Of a stretch of DNA of 64,000 nucleotides, positions 26,678 through 39,059 are shown in pieces. The DNA is from Hemiscyllium ocellatum (lineage: Eukaryota): assembly GCF_020745735.1 (NCBI RefSeq), contig NC_083404.1, positions 14,694,001 through 14,758,000 on the forward strand, written 5' to 3'. The notes under the pieces are model-generated. The model was given only the letters and a program-made list of their open reading frames with translations. It was not told the DNA's origin and searched no databases. Numbering within the stretch: position 1 is the stretch's first letter; each line of letters opens with the position of its first letter. Both the position numbers and the translations under genes were made by a program.

Positions 26678-26912
26678 CACAGTTCAAAAATGTACAGGTT
26701 AGGGTGGATTGGCCATGCTTATTTGCCCTGTCGTGTCCAGGGATGTTCAGGCTTGTTGGGTGACCCATGGTAATGGTGGAATTACAGTGACAGGGTTGGG
26801 GGGGTTGGGGTGCTGGTTCTGGGTAGATTCTTTTCAGAGAGTTGGTATTGACTCAGTGGGCTGAATGGCCTCTTCCTGCACCGTAGTGATTCTATGATTC
26901 TACTATTCTATG
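26678..26912 (+). mobile_element. 5'-truncated HE1-type SINE
   Basis: cacagttcaaaaatgtacaggttagggtggattggccatgct...gggctgaatggcctcttcctgcaccgtagtgattctatgattct. Confidence 0.8.
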
Positions 26913-27019
26913 AAATATTACACACAGACACTGGACAGGAGACATGCCTGTGGATTCCGTAATCCTTGGTCATCCGAACACATTATTTACTGTGCACCTC
27001 CTTGTCTCAGACATAGATT

Positions 27020-27720
27020 AGCAATTTATCATTGCTTTTCTTTATGAATATGCAGTGAGAGGTACATAAGTCACCACCATTCAGCACCATTTTAATCACA
27101 GAAATTTTAAAAATGTAAACAATTGAGACAAAGGACAAAGTTAATCCTTTGTTCCTTCCACAACTCCTGAGGTATTTGAGTGGCTATGGGATGCCACCAC
27201 CGAAGCAGCACTGAGGCTGCAAAAGCTTCCTGGACCAGACCAAATTACTAGGCTGCCATTGCCAAAGCCAACATGGAGGCCATTGCAGCGCCACCATAGC
27301 AAGGAGGGACAGACCGGACTCAGCATGTCACCGACACTGAAGCTGTCACCCGTTATCACCTTTTCATTCACTGCCTGAAGCCGCCACATTACCAAGAAGA
27401 ACGAGCGGAAGCCACCATGTCACCGCCACTGCAGCACCGCACCATTGCCAGGAGTGACAGTTCAGACCCACCGACGATGGAGCCTTCAGTGAAGCTGTAG
27501 CCACCATGGTCATGAGGAACTGATATCCAATCAACTGCTCTGTTGCTGCTACTGCCGACCTTCGCAACCATCTTCCTCCACCACAGCTGCAGGAAAGAAG
27601 AATTGGTGAACTTTCATACAAAGGAGAAATGAAGAAACAAAATGAAAACAAAAGAATTATATGGCTAGTCAGATGAGCAGGAGCCCAATTGCTTCCTACC
27701 CTGCCATTGCTGCCATCTTG
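27020..27720 (-). mobile_element. Probable non-autonomous retroelement / LINE 5' region
   Basis: GC-rich block starting caagatggc on the minus strand, a common LINE 5' start. No ORF. Confidence 0.35.
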
Positions 27721-28029
27721 AAATGGCTAAACAACTCATTCATGTTTGGATATGGGGCCATTGAAATACTCGGGTTATTGGTCAAGGTGCAATGGTGTCA
27801 ACAGCACCCATTGACCTGGGCACGTCTTGTTCGTCTTACTTCCTGATGTTGAAGCAGGCTCTCAACACATGGTACGTTGACTGCGTCCATGAAATTCTTC
27901 ATCATACTGGAACAGCCACGTTCAGGCCTATACAGAGAGTGAAACAACCAAATGTCAGGTCAAAACAGTGTAATTTATAGAAACTCAACTGCACTTGCCA
28001 CACAAACACAATGGCTACCAGAGAAGGTC

Positions 28030-28615
28030 AGGAAAACTGTGGTGAGTAACTTCTCTCCTGACTCCCCAAAGCCTGGCCACCATTGCAAGGTCCAAGTCAG
28101 AAATGTGATGGAATGCTCCCCTTTTGCCTGGATGGGTACAGCTCTAACAACAATCAAGAAGCTTGACACCATCCAAGACAAATCAGTCCCCATGATTGGT
28201 GCCACATCCACAAGTATCCAGTCCCTACACCACCGACACTCAGTAGCAACTCAGTAGCGACTGGATGTATTGCAGAAATTCACCAAAGATCCTCAAACAG
28301 CACCTTCCAAACCCACGACCACTTCCATCTAGAACGATAAGAGCAGCAGATACATGGGAACACCACCGCTTTCAACTTCCCCTCCAAGCCACTTAACATC
28401 CTGACTTGGAAATACATCGCCATTCCTTCACTGTTGCTGAGTGAACACCCTGAAATTTCCTCCTTAATGGCATTGTGGGTCAACCCACAGCAGTTGGACT
28501 GCAGCGGTTCAAGAAGGCAGCTCACCACCACCTTCTCAAGGGGCAATTAAGGACAGACAATGAATGTTGGCCCAGCCAATGACACCCACGTCTCACAAAC
28601 GAATACAAAAAAAAA
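28030..28615 (+). mobile_element. CR1/L2-group LINE 3' fragment
   Basis: KVQVRNVMECSPFAWMGTALTTIKKLDTIQDK (post-RT motif Y...VR..LEY....W). 3' tail plus A-run at 28606-28615. Confidence 0.8.
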
Positions 28616-29317
28616 TCCAGGCGTCAGTTTTTTTTCTGGATGAGCCAAAATGCTAAGGGTCTCCTTGTCAGAACTGTGTAGAACATTGGTTTGAACTTCA
28701 TAAGGGCCTGGGAGGGCAGGCAGGGTGAAGATGGAGGGCCCAAATAAATACTCCACAGACCACTTTCATGGAGATAGTAGCTTCTCCATGCAATGAGGTG
28801 AACTCCACAATAGGCAACAGACTGGGGATACAGGACAATTGGTGTTAACAGGAGCTTTCATGATTAAAATTGGCAGCCTATCGCTGACATTATTAGGGAG
28901 CTCATCTGCAGATGTTCAAATTACTGGGACACATTCCCCCATAGTGAGGCCTCATCATGATGCGGTCCCAGTATGGAAACCAATATTTTTGTGACTGAAT
29001 ATTTTACTTGCCTGGCTTCATGATATCAAGCAAAATTCTGCTCAAAGGATGGCAGGAGACCCAAAAAAGACAATTAATGTCCTGTCAAGTTATTAATTTA
29101 AAATTTGAACTTTTCTCTTAAGCAAAAGTAGTGAAGGATAAGCAGCAAATGGAGTTAGGTTTCTCAGAGCAGACATGATCTCACTGATTGGTGAGATAGG
29201 CCAATAAGGCTAAATAGTTCACACCTCCACTTATGTACCTTATGTTCATACAATCCATGCATAAATTCAGTCACCAGTGAGGCCAATATTCACAAGAATT
29301 GTGAATAAAAAAAAACT

Positions 29318-30420
29318 GATTTAAAAGCTCTGTATCTGTACATACAGCATTTATAACAAAATTCCTATTGAAGGGCCGAAATGTCGATTTTCCTGCTCCT
29401 GGGATGCTGCCTGACCTGCTGTGCTTTTCCAGCATCACTCTAATCTAGACTCTGGTCTCCAGCATCTGCAGTCCTCATTTTCATCCATTTGTAACAAAAT
29501 GGTGAGCAGAAATGGAAATCAATATTTATGACCTGATAGCTATTTCAGAGATGGGGTTGCAAAATGATTAAGGTTAGGAGTGAAAATATTTAAGAGAATC
29601 TGATATTTTGAAAGGGGTGGAATCTGAGAAAAGATGGTGGTGTAGCTCTATAAATTAAGATTGCCAGCAGCAAAGAATTGGCTTTAATTCAGAAAGTCAA
29701 GATGTAGAAAACATTTGTGTAAGGAAAAGCAAAGGTAAGAAGTAATGGATTAAAGCTAATGATTGTGTTGGATTAAAATTGAAATGTACAATAAAGTAAA
29801 AGTTAATGGAAAGTGAGATGATTTGACAGATTTTAGAAGTCAATAACTTCAAAATATTAATGAGAGAGGAGAATGAAGGGAAGATAGTACAAAATATGGA
29901 GCTGATCATTTCAACAGGTATTTATAAACAAATCAAATATATTGGATTTAAAATTGGCTGAGAAGCAAAAAGCAGAAGATGCTGACAGATGGATGTTTCT
30001 GTGGCTCAAACTCTGTTATCAATGGGGTTCCACAGAGTTTAGAGCTGGGATCTTGATGTTTGTGGTGTACATTAATGACTTGGACTTAAACATAGGGGCA
30101 TTTGTTCAAGAACTTCAAAAGACATTAAAATCAGTCGTGTGGTAAGTGGTGTGGAGGATAGCTGAAAGAGGATATCAATGGACTGATTAACTGGGGAAAA
30201 CAGTGGTAAATGGAACTCAACCCTGAAAAGTGTGAGGTAATATTTTGGGGAGGATTGAGATTTTGGAGATTTGTAGCTCAGGTACAACCTGAGATTAGGG
30301 AGAGGGCTAGCAAGGCAAGGGATTACATTATGAAGGGGAGGACCCTGGAAAGTATTGAAGATCGGAGGGACTTTCATGTACTTATCTACAGATCACTAAA
30401 GGTTGCAGGGTGGATGGTGA
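29318..30420 (+). mobile_element. Decayed, internally deleted CR1 ORF2 (endonuclease N-terminus and RT pieces)
   Basis: LKALYL...YDLIAISE..., DGGVAL, FVVYINDLD and MELNPEKCEV motifs with stops and frameshifts. Interrupted by a Penelope stub. Confidence 0.75.
29363..29485 (+). mobile_element. Penelope terminal fragment inserted in CR1
   Basis: 15-bp TSD catttataacaaaat / catttgtaacaaaat (29348-29362 / 29486-29500). Confidence 0.85.
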
Positions 30421-30593
30421 AAGGAGAATGAAACCTCAGAATGAACTCCAAAATGGCCTTCAGTCTGAGCGTTTTTAGCCCTTACTCAGGACCTTGTCTT
30501 TTCACTATATTTTTTGCCCCTAGCTCTCTTTACAGGTGCTAGAGGAACACTTTGAGCTGCTCTCTTTGGAAGAAGATGAGGACTTGCAAATTA

Positions 30594-30765
30594 CAGAGGA
30601 ACCTCGATTATCCAGCATTCGATTATCTGAACTCTGGATCATCTGAACATGATCGCAAGGTCCTGATGCATAGCTAACTATGTTATCCAGCATTGATTAT
30701 TCAGCATTCGATTAACCGAATGAAATCTCCCCACCCGTGTCCTTCGGATAATCGAGGTTCCTCTG
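30594..30765. mobile_element. 172-bp Tc1/mariner (Tigger/pogo-like) MITE
   Basis: Perfect 20-bp TIR cagaggaacctcgattatcc / ggataatcgaggttcctctg flanked by TA on both sides. Confidence 0.93.
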
Positions 30766-30949
30766 TATATCAAACAATGAGGCTATTTGCCAGTCTGTTA
30801 CTTGCACCTGTGAAGTTACAGCCACAGAGCTACACAACGTAATGTCATGTCATCACTTATTGTTCCTAAATACAGTTGTTAATCAGACTGTAATGCAATT
30901 CCTTTCAGCTGTGAAAGGATGAACTGGGTGGCAGGGTGAAATGTGAGGA

Positions 30950-32115
30950 GGTTATTATGAGAATACAGGGTGACTTGGACAGGCTAGGTGAGTGCACAGA
31001 TACATGGCAGATGCAGTTTAATGTGAATAAATGTGCGTTTACCCACTTTGAACAGGAAGGCAGATTACTGTCTAAATGGAGTAAAAAATGAGGTCTGTCT
31101 AAATGGAGTCAAGTTAGGTAAAGGGGTGTTCTTGTACATCAGTCAATGAAAGCTAGCATGCAGGTACAGCAGGCAGTGAAGAAAGCTAATGGTATGCTGG
31201 CCTTCATAACAAGAGGAATTGAGTATAGGAGCAAAGAGGTCCTTCTGCAGCTGTACAGAGCCCTGGTGAGACCGCACCTGGAGTATTGTGTGCCGTTTTC
31301 ATCTCCAAATTTGAGGAAGGACATTCTGTCTATTGAGGGAGTGCAGCATAGGTTCACAAGGTCAATATTCGGAATGGCGGGGCTATCATATCTTGAAAGA
31401 TTGGAGCGACTGGGCTTGAATACACTTGAGTTTAGAAGGATGAGACAAGGTCTGATTACTTACAATGTGGAAACAGGCCCTTCAGCCCAACAAGCCCACC
31501 CAGACCTATTCCCCTACATTTACTCCTTCACTTAACACTACGGGCAATTTAGCATAACCAATTCACCTAACCTGCACATCTTTATGACTGTGGGAGGAAA
31601 CCAGAGCTCCCGAGGAAACCCACGCAGACACGGGGAGAATGTACAAACTCCACACAGACAGTTGCCTGAGGTGGGAATAGAACCCAGGTATCTAGGGCTA
31701 TGAGGCAGCAGTGCTAACCGTTGTGCCAAGGTGCCACCCAACGTATAAGATTATTAAAAGATTGGACACTCTGGAGGCAGGAAGTATATTTCCGCTGATG
31801 GTTGAGTCCAGAACCAGAGGACACAGTTTAAAAATAAGGGGTAGGCCATTGAGGAGAAACTTCTTAACCCAGGGAGTGGTGGGTATATGGAAATCTCTGC
31901 CCCAGAAGGCAGTGGAGGCCAAGTCTCTGGATACTTTCAAGAAAGAGATGTATAGAGCTTTTAAAGATATTGGAATCAAGAGATAAGGGGATAAGGCAGG
32001 AACAGGATACTGATTGTGGATGATCCGCCATGATCACAATGAATGGTGGTGCTGGCTCGAAGGGCCGAATGGCCTACTCCTGCAACTGTTGTCGATTGTC
32101 TATCTATTGTCTATT
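30950..32115 (+). mobile_element. CR1 (HER1-like) LINE 3' portion, interrupted by an HE1 SINE and a 12-bp stub
   Basis: ORFs 31146-31535 (VKKANGMLAFITRGIEYRSKEVLLQLYRALVRPHLEYC) and 31711-31986 (YKII..LD..SRTRGHSLKI). Tail gggccgaatggcctactcctgc. Confidence 0.93.
31458..31739 (-). mobile_element. HE1-type V-SINE nested in CR1
   Basis: Same head and V-domain as the other copies. CR1 reading resumes at aacgtataagatt. Confidence 0.9.
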
Positions 32116-33305
32116 GTTTTGCTGAGATGTTCTACAAAAGCACCTCTGCCACTGTATGCATCATTTGCATGGTATTCATGAAAGAAGGCACAACCAGGTG
32201 GTCAATATCTGAAACTGCCCATTTGATCACCTTCAGTAAGAACATTCTTAAACATTTCTGCGTACCTAGTCTAGTGTTGCACATGCAAAATCTTTGCAGA
32301 ATGATACAGTCACATACAAGAAGAGGCAGGACCGTCATGATTGGCTGTGACTTGTGACATGACCTACAGCGAGGCATAGAGAATTATCTTCTCACTAAAC
32401 ACTTCATCCTGCACCACCTCAACTTCAAACACCATCAAACATGGGGGCATCTATTTTGTGAGCTCTTCAGCAAAAGGAGACTTGAAAAAAGAAAGGAATA
32501 AAAGGGCATTCTGAGCCTCAGGTATTGCTTACCAATTAATGGACATTGCAGACCTTGAACAAGCACAATGGACCAATTGTGTTTTCTGTAGAATTGTTAC
32601 TGTCATCAACTCAATAAAATAAGAAAAGGATCCGAACTCTGCTATTAAAACCCAAGTTTCATCAAGGATTTTTGAAAGGACAAACATAGAGGGACAATTG
32701 CATTGAATTCACGAGCAAGTCTTTCATGCTGCAGGGTAGCCTTCAACAAATGAAGTCTTAACGAAACAAAATTACAATCTTATTTTTTTTTTGATTTGGT
32801 TACAAGTTAATTGCTTTAGGGTTAAGAAAAGGTTAAGAAAGTTACCTTTAAGGCCTTCATCAGCAAAGTCTTTCTTTTCAGAAGTTACCCATTTTTCTCA
32901 AGTGAAAACAGCATAAACATAGGATAAGAAGCATGGAAACAGGCCATTCAGCCCATGCAGTCCACTGCAGTGCTCCACTGAAGCCTCCTGCCATCGTCCC
33001 TCCTTTGCATTTCCATATTCACAGCTATTTCTGCCAAGTTAGTTATTTCCTCTATTGTGACAGCTAATGCAAAATATCTATTTAATTCATCTGCAATGTC
33101 TGTATTTTCGCTATTAATTTCTCAGATTCATTTTCTATGTTCACTTTGTTAATCCTTTTCCTGATGAAATATAGAAAATATCTACAGAGATCTGAATATT
33201 TATCAAAACTCTTGCTCTCAGCTCATTCAGCACCAATGAAGCAGTGTCAGGTCCAAGCTACTGTGGTCTAAACCTTTTGCATTTTAAAGACAGGCAAAAA
33301 CTACT

Positions 33306-33872
33306 TGCGGAACGCTTCAGAGAACACCTCTGGGATGCCCGGACCAACCAACCCAACCACCCCGTGGCTCAACACTTTAACTCTCCCTCCCACTCCACCG
33401 AGGACATGCAGGTCCTTGGACTCCTCCACCAGCAGAACATAACAACACGACGGCTGGAGGAGGAGCGCCTCATCTTCCGCCTGGGAACCCTCCAACCACA
33501 AGGAATGAACTCAGATTCCTCCAGTTTCCTCATTTCCCCTCCTCCCACCTTGTCTCAGTCGGTTCCCTCAACTCAGCACCGCCCTCCTAACCTGCAATCC
33601 TCTTCCTGACCTCTCCGCCCCCACCCCACTCCGGCCTATCACCCTCACCTTGACCTCCTTCCACCTATCACATCTCCATCGCCCCTCCCCCAAGTCCCTC
33701 CTCCCTACCTTTTATCTTAGCCTGCTTGGCACACTCTCCTCATTCCTGATGAAGGGCTTATGCCCGAAACGTTGAATTTTCTATTCCTTGGATGCTGCCT
33801 AACCTGCTGTGCTTTAACCAGCAACACATTTTCAGCTGTGATCTCCAGCATCTGCAGACCTCATTTTTTACC
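33306..33872 (+). mobile_element. 5'-truncated Penelope-like element (GIY-YIG C-terminus, 3' UTR, terminal repeat)
   Basis: ERFREHLWDARTNQPNHPVAQHFNSPSHS...RRLEEERLIFRLGTLQPQGMN. 11-bp TSD caaaaact(a/g)ct (33295-33305 / 33873-33883). Confidence 0.93.
33742..33777 (+). ncRNA. Minimal type-I hammerhead ribozyme motif
   Basis: attc-CTGATGA-a-gggc-ttat-gccc-GAAAC-GTT-gaat. Stem I attc/gaat, stem II gggc/gccc, palindromic stem III. Confidence 0.7.
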
Positions 33873-36800
33873 CAAAAACTGCTCCAGGACAACGAGGCAA
33901 TAAAAATCCATGGAGAGGGCACTTCGAAGAACACTTCAACTGTCGTGTCAAAATCAACATGAAAATCTTCAACCAAATCCACCAGAGATCCAGGCAAAGT
34001 GACATGAGAGAACCTCCCACTGAGACCAAAGTACCGGATGCCATAAGAAGCTGGAGAAACAACTAGGTTCCAGGTCCTGATGGGATTCCGAGAGAGCTCC
34101 TAAAGGAAAGTGGCCCACAGCTCCATGAACATAGACATGCTTTGCTCTTGAACATTTGGCTCAAAGAAGAGCTCCCCTCAGACCCCTGATTGTGACCATA
34201 TTCTAAAAGGGTGACAAGGCTGACTATGGGAATTACACGGGCAAAGTGCTTACACATCTCCATGCCATTTGATGTATGCTTTTAACTGAGGACTCCCTGA
34301 ATCACAGGGTGACTTCCACCTGTGCAGAGGAACAACAGGCTCGATCTTCACAGCACGTCAATTACAAGAAAAGCGTCTGGAACAGAAGTTACTGCTTAAC
34401 ATGGCCTTCATTGACCTAACGAAGGCCTTTGACCCAGTTAGCAGCCAGGCTCTGCAACAGTTACTGTCACAATGCTGCTGCTCTGCTATATTCATCAGGA
34501 TGCTAAGGCTGCTGCATGATGTGGATTAGAGACTGAGCCTCTCACTGTGGAGATCGAGCTCATACAGAGCTGTATAATCGCACCCACCCTGTTCACTAAC
34601 TTCATTGCTGCCACTCTCCATCTCACTGGCCAAAACCTGCCCAAGTGAATTCAGATCATTTACTATATGGCCAGTAGGCTGTTCAATCTTAATGATAGGA
34701 TGAAGAGCTTACGCTCAGAATGTCAATTCTCCTACTCCTTAAATGCTGCCTGACCAGCTTTGCTCAAACTTAACAGGTTCAAGACCAAGGGCAAGATCTC
34801 CACCACCTCCATCTTGGGTATGCTGCTAACATCATCACAGCACACTGCAGAAGATCTACAGTGCATCTTGGGTGTATTTGCCAGGACATGTAAGTTCCTA
34901 GGTCTCACCCTTAACATAAAAAAGACCTTTAGCATTCCATCAACCATCAGCTAACACTGAGAACATAAAAAAGGACTCTAGTACAACATCAACCATCACC
35001 CAACAGTCCCTCTACATCTCCTACAATAAAGGTCAACAATCATCCCCTTTAAAATGTGGATCACTTCCCATACCTCAGCAATCTTCTCTCCTCCAAGGCT
35101 AGCATCAATAAAGAAATATAACACCATCAAAAAGTGTAGTGCTAGAAAAGCACAGTAGGTCAGGAAGTATCCGAGGAGCGGGAGAGTCCACATTTCGGGC
35201 ATAAAAAATATAGCATTGTCTGAGCTGTGCCAGTGGAGCGTTTGCCCAACTCTAAAGAAGGGTTTTGATGATCACGATCTACAGATCCAGCCTAAACTTT
35301 TGATCTACAAAGCTACTGTCCTTCCCAGACTGCTATGTGGAGTTGAAACATAGACTACCTACAGTAGGCACCTTAAAGCACTGTAACAACACCACCACAC
35401 ATCCTTATGAAAAATCATGTGGATCATCTGGGAGGATAAGTGCACTAATACCAGCGTCACTAGCCAGCATCAGCACCACCATTATTCAACAGCAACTCCC
35501 ATGGACCAGCCATGCCACCTGACTGCCCAACTCCCACCTCCCAAAACAGACCATGTACTCCCTGCTGAAGGAAGGTCAATGTACCTCTGGTGGCCAAAAG
35601 TAATGCTTCAAAGAGAACATCCAGACCAACCCCAAGAAATTCCACGTCAACATCAACAACTGGAAAGACACAACTACAAACTGGAATCACAAAAGAAATT
35701 TCATTCAGCAGGGAGGTAGACACCAGGAAAACAGTCTCCACAACACTGGTGAACAGAAGTGACTCTTGTGTAAGGAAATACACAAAATCAGCATAATTGA
35801 AGTCTGATCACCCTGGTTCGATTCTATCTCATCTGCATTACCTCTTAGGGTCGACTCATCTTCCCTAAACTATGGTGCCCCAAGTTGGCTACAATACCCC
35901 AGCCACAGTGTAACTAGTGTTTGTAAATGGGCAATGCCTTCTTGATTTGAAGAAGTCTTTGCTCGTTTATTTACAAACATATGATCCAGTGCCATAAATC
36001 ATGTCAAAATGCATCGTTACAAGACTTGCATCATGATGAATGAAGGATTGCTGTTCTGGCTTTTATCACTCCCTGAGGGAAGTAAGTTTTCCCAAACACT
36101 TTTTCATGAAGATGCTGTCCCTTTCATTATCATGATTTTGTTTCCAGCTACTTTGTATTCTCTGTCAGATCATTGAAGGCTACCTTACTTTAGATCGAGA
36201 TTGCTGTGGCATGTAATTCTCGCCCAGAATTATAGCTAAGCATCAGCATGGATTCACAGTCTGGTGTTAAATCCCTTTCATTGCATTGTTTTAATTTAAG
36301 TAATAAAATCAGGACTTACCATATGAAGCAAACTTAACATGCAAGTTCTGAGTCCATTGCAACATAATTTTCCCATAAACATCTGCTGCAAAACAATAAG
36401 GCAACTGAGAAGTGAAGCTTTGATGCTTTGATCAAACAAATATGAAGCAGCTGAAAACAACGCGAATGATTAAGAAGAAAAAACAGCATCATATGTCATT
36501 CGTCCCAATGATGAAGCACATAGCTTTAAAACTAAAGCACAGTATTTAAAATATCATAAGATCTTCCTTTCTATTTTTTCCTTTAATCTTCATTTAGCCT
36601 TGCTTCCAAATCCAGTAGATTTAAATTAGGAAAAACAGCGCTAATCGCAAGTGAAACTGACGTGGACTCTTCACAGATACTCTAAAGTATTTTCAGGTTT
36701 CATACAAATGCTAACAGCTACATCTATGTATGAGTGTATCTTTCTCTCTCTCTTGCTACTGCGTCCATATATGAGTGTCTTCTCTCTCTCTCTCTGTTTC

Positions 36801-37199
36801 TTTCTCCCTATCTCTGTCACCTCTGCAAGATTGACTGTGAGTAGGATGACAACCAGAGACTTAACAGGGGAATACATAAGTTTTATTTACGTTATATCAA
36901 TTTCTTGCTGGTTTATAAGTGTCCCCAGCAAACTAATATTTATTTCCAATCACAGTTGCCTTTCAAAAGGTGATAGTAGGAGAAGGTCCAAAGTAAAGCA
37001 AGTTCCATAACGTCTTAACCAGTTTATCCAATAAATGGATGAACCAGGAATGTCACTGAGGTGGAAGAGGAGGTGAATTAATTTGTCTCTGCTCTCTTGG
37101 GTGAAGGTTTGTGATAGGAAATCATGCAGCATTCCCATTGCCTGGCTGATACTCAATGACAATAAGATTATGCTTGGCTCTAACACTTTTTTAAAGAAA

Positions 37200-37305
37200 C
37201 GTAATTCATATTTCACCATTTCCCATACTGGGATTTGAACCCATGTTTGAGAGCAGTAGCTGAGGGTTCTATATTGCTAGTCTAGTGACATTACCACTAT
37301 AGCAA
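37200..37305 (-). mobile_element. tRNA-derived SINE head fragment (same family as 12055-12403)
   Basis: Minus strand tagtggtaatgtcactagactagcaat...gggttcaaatcccag shows A/B-box-like motifs. Confidence 0.55.
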
Positions 37306-39059
37306 CAATGTCTTGCAGTTGACTACTTTTTTGACGCTCATTGTAAAATCTTAGACATGACTATTGGCTGATTGTGCAAGGTACTGGAGGATATGTCTCC
37401 TGTTTATACAGTTATACCTGAGTAAGTATCACCTTCAAAAGATGGAGATAAATTGACAAAGGAAAAATAGTAGGGAGACTGGAGGCAGTACACTGATAAT
37501 ACAATGGCAATGCTGTGCATTTCTCTCTTTAAATTAACCATTAAAACAGTCAGTGCAATCCCATTATGTTTTCACATAGTATCTCAAATTCACCTGCAAT
37601 ATGAATTGTGGCATTTACAACCACAGGCTCATACTGTATAGAGCAAAGGTCATGCATGATAGAAGTGAATGAAAAGAATGATTTTCCCATTGGATTTAGT
37701 TCCTTTTAAAGGTGAAGCTTGGCACTGAGTTAATCCGAGTAAACCAGCTAAATTCAGATTTACTCAATTCTTGTCTCCCAAAGTGAATCTTTGTTTTTGT
37801 TAAAATTACTTCATATACATTGCTTAAATTATATCACATTCTTACATTGAAGTTAAGGTGGATCAATAGACAATAAATTTTAAAACTGTGTTACATCTGG
37901 GATTAGAATATCTTAAAAGAGGCATATTATTAGCAATTGACTAGGAGGCTAAATGAAATATGCGGAGAAAGGGGTGTCTTGGATAAGCCTGATGAGCTGT
38001 TCCCAGGATGTGTGTCATTGCATTCTGACACATGAAGAATGTAAGAGAAATCCTTGGAGTCGGTGCCATGCCCTAGGCACAAGTAGAAGGCCAGTGTTGA
38101 TGCTGCTTTGTGCAGTGTGGCATATGGTGATAATAAAGGGAGCAGAGAGTCATGTCTATTTGTTCCCTATTGAGCAGACTTCCCAGTCTATTGTGCAGGT
38201 GTCTTAAAAGAGTCCCCTATAATAAAATTGCAGAATGATTATGAGAGGATTAAATTCTGATTGTGGTACTGTTTGAATTAAAATAACGCGCGTGGTAGGC
38301 CAGAATTTATGGAACTCATTTGTTTGAAAAGAGCAAATGCAAAAGCTCTGAATTCACTATTAAATATACTCTAATTGTGATAAATTTTAAAGTCATGGCT
38401 TATGCCATACAAGTCCATTGACTTCTTTGTTTGCACAATCACTTAATGCACATGTATATTGTATATTTTCATTCCATCTTCGACTCAGGCAATTCTCATC
38501 GAGACTGTTTAGGTTAGCTCTTAAAAATACTATTGCAAAACTGAAATATATCGGTTCATTCAAGAAATCTTATTAATTAAAAAGCATTTTATCAAATCCA
38601 ATATTTAACTGAATCTTGTATTTATCACAAATTCAATGGTATTTATTCTCCACATGTTTTATGATAATCATTCATTGCAAGTCTTAAAAATTGCAAAGCC
38701 AACTGGTAGACAAAAAAATAATGGAACTGGATCTCTAAAGCTTTCTCTTTCTTTACCTTTTGAGCTTTTACTTTCTTGCCTGCCTTTACAAATGAACAAA
38801 ACTGTGCACCATGTCTATTTTGGTTCTTTGGACATGTTGTTTACCTAAACGTTTCCTTATGAACACATACCATCTCCAGTCATCCTCAAAAGTAACTGTA
38901 CAAATGTGTTTAATTATTTCTGGATCTCTTGTTTACTTCCTTTCGCTAATGAATGCTACTTCTGAACTATAAACTAAAACGTGTCTTTCTATATCTGACA
39001 AAGACTTTAAAATAAAGCAGTGCAACTCATGTTTTTCAGGACTATTCATTTTCTTTCAG

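Larger units (their letters stand above)
33235..35760 (+). mobile_element. Decayed RTE-clade LINE (RT domain) carrying three nested Penelope insertions
   Basis: Motifs across frames: EGHFEEHFN, GPDGIPRELLK, LPESQGDF..RGTT.SIFTARQLQEK.LEQ...MAFIDLTKAFD, DHFPYLS, LLIYKATVLP.LL.GVET*TTY. Confidence 0.85.
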
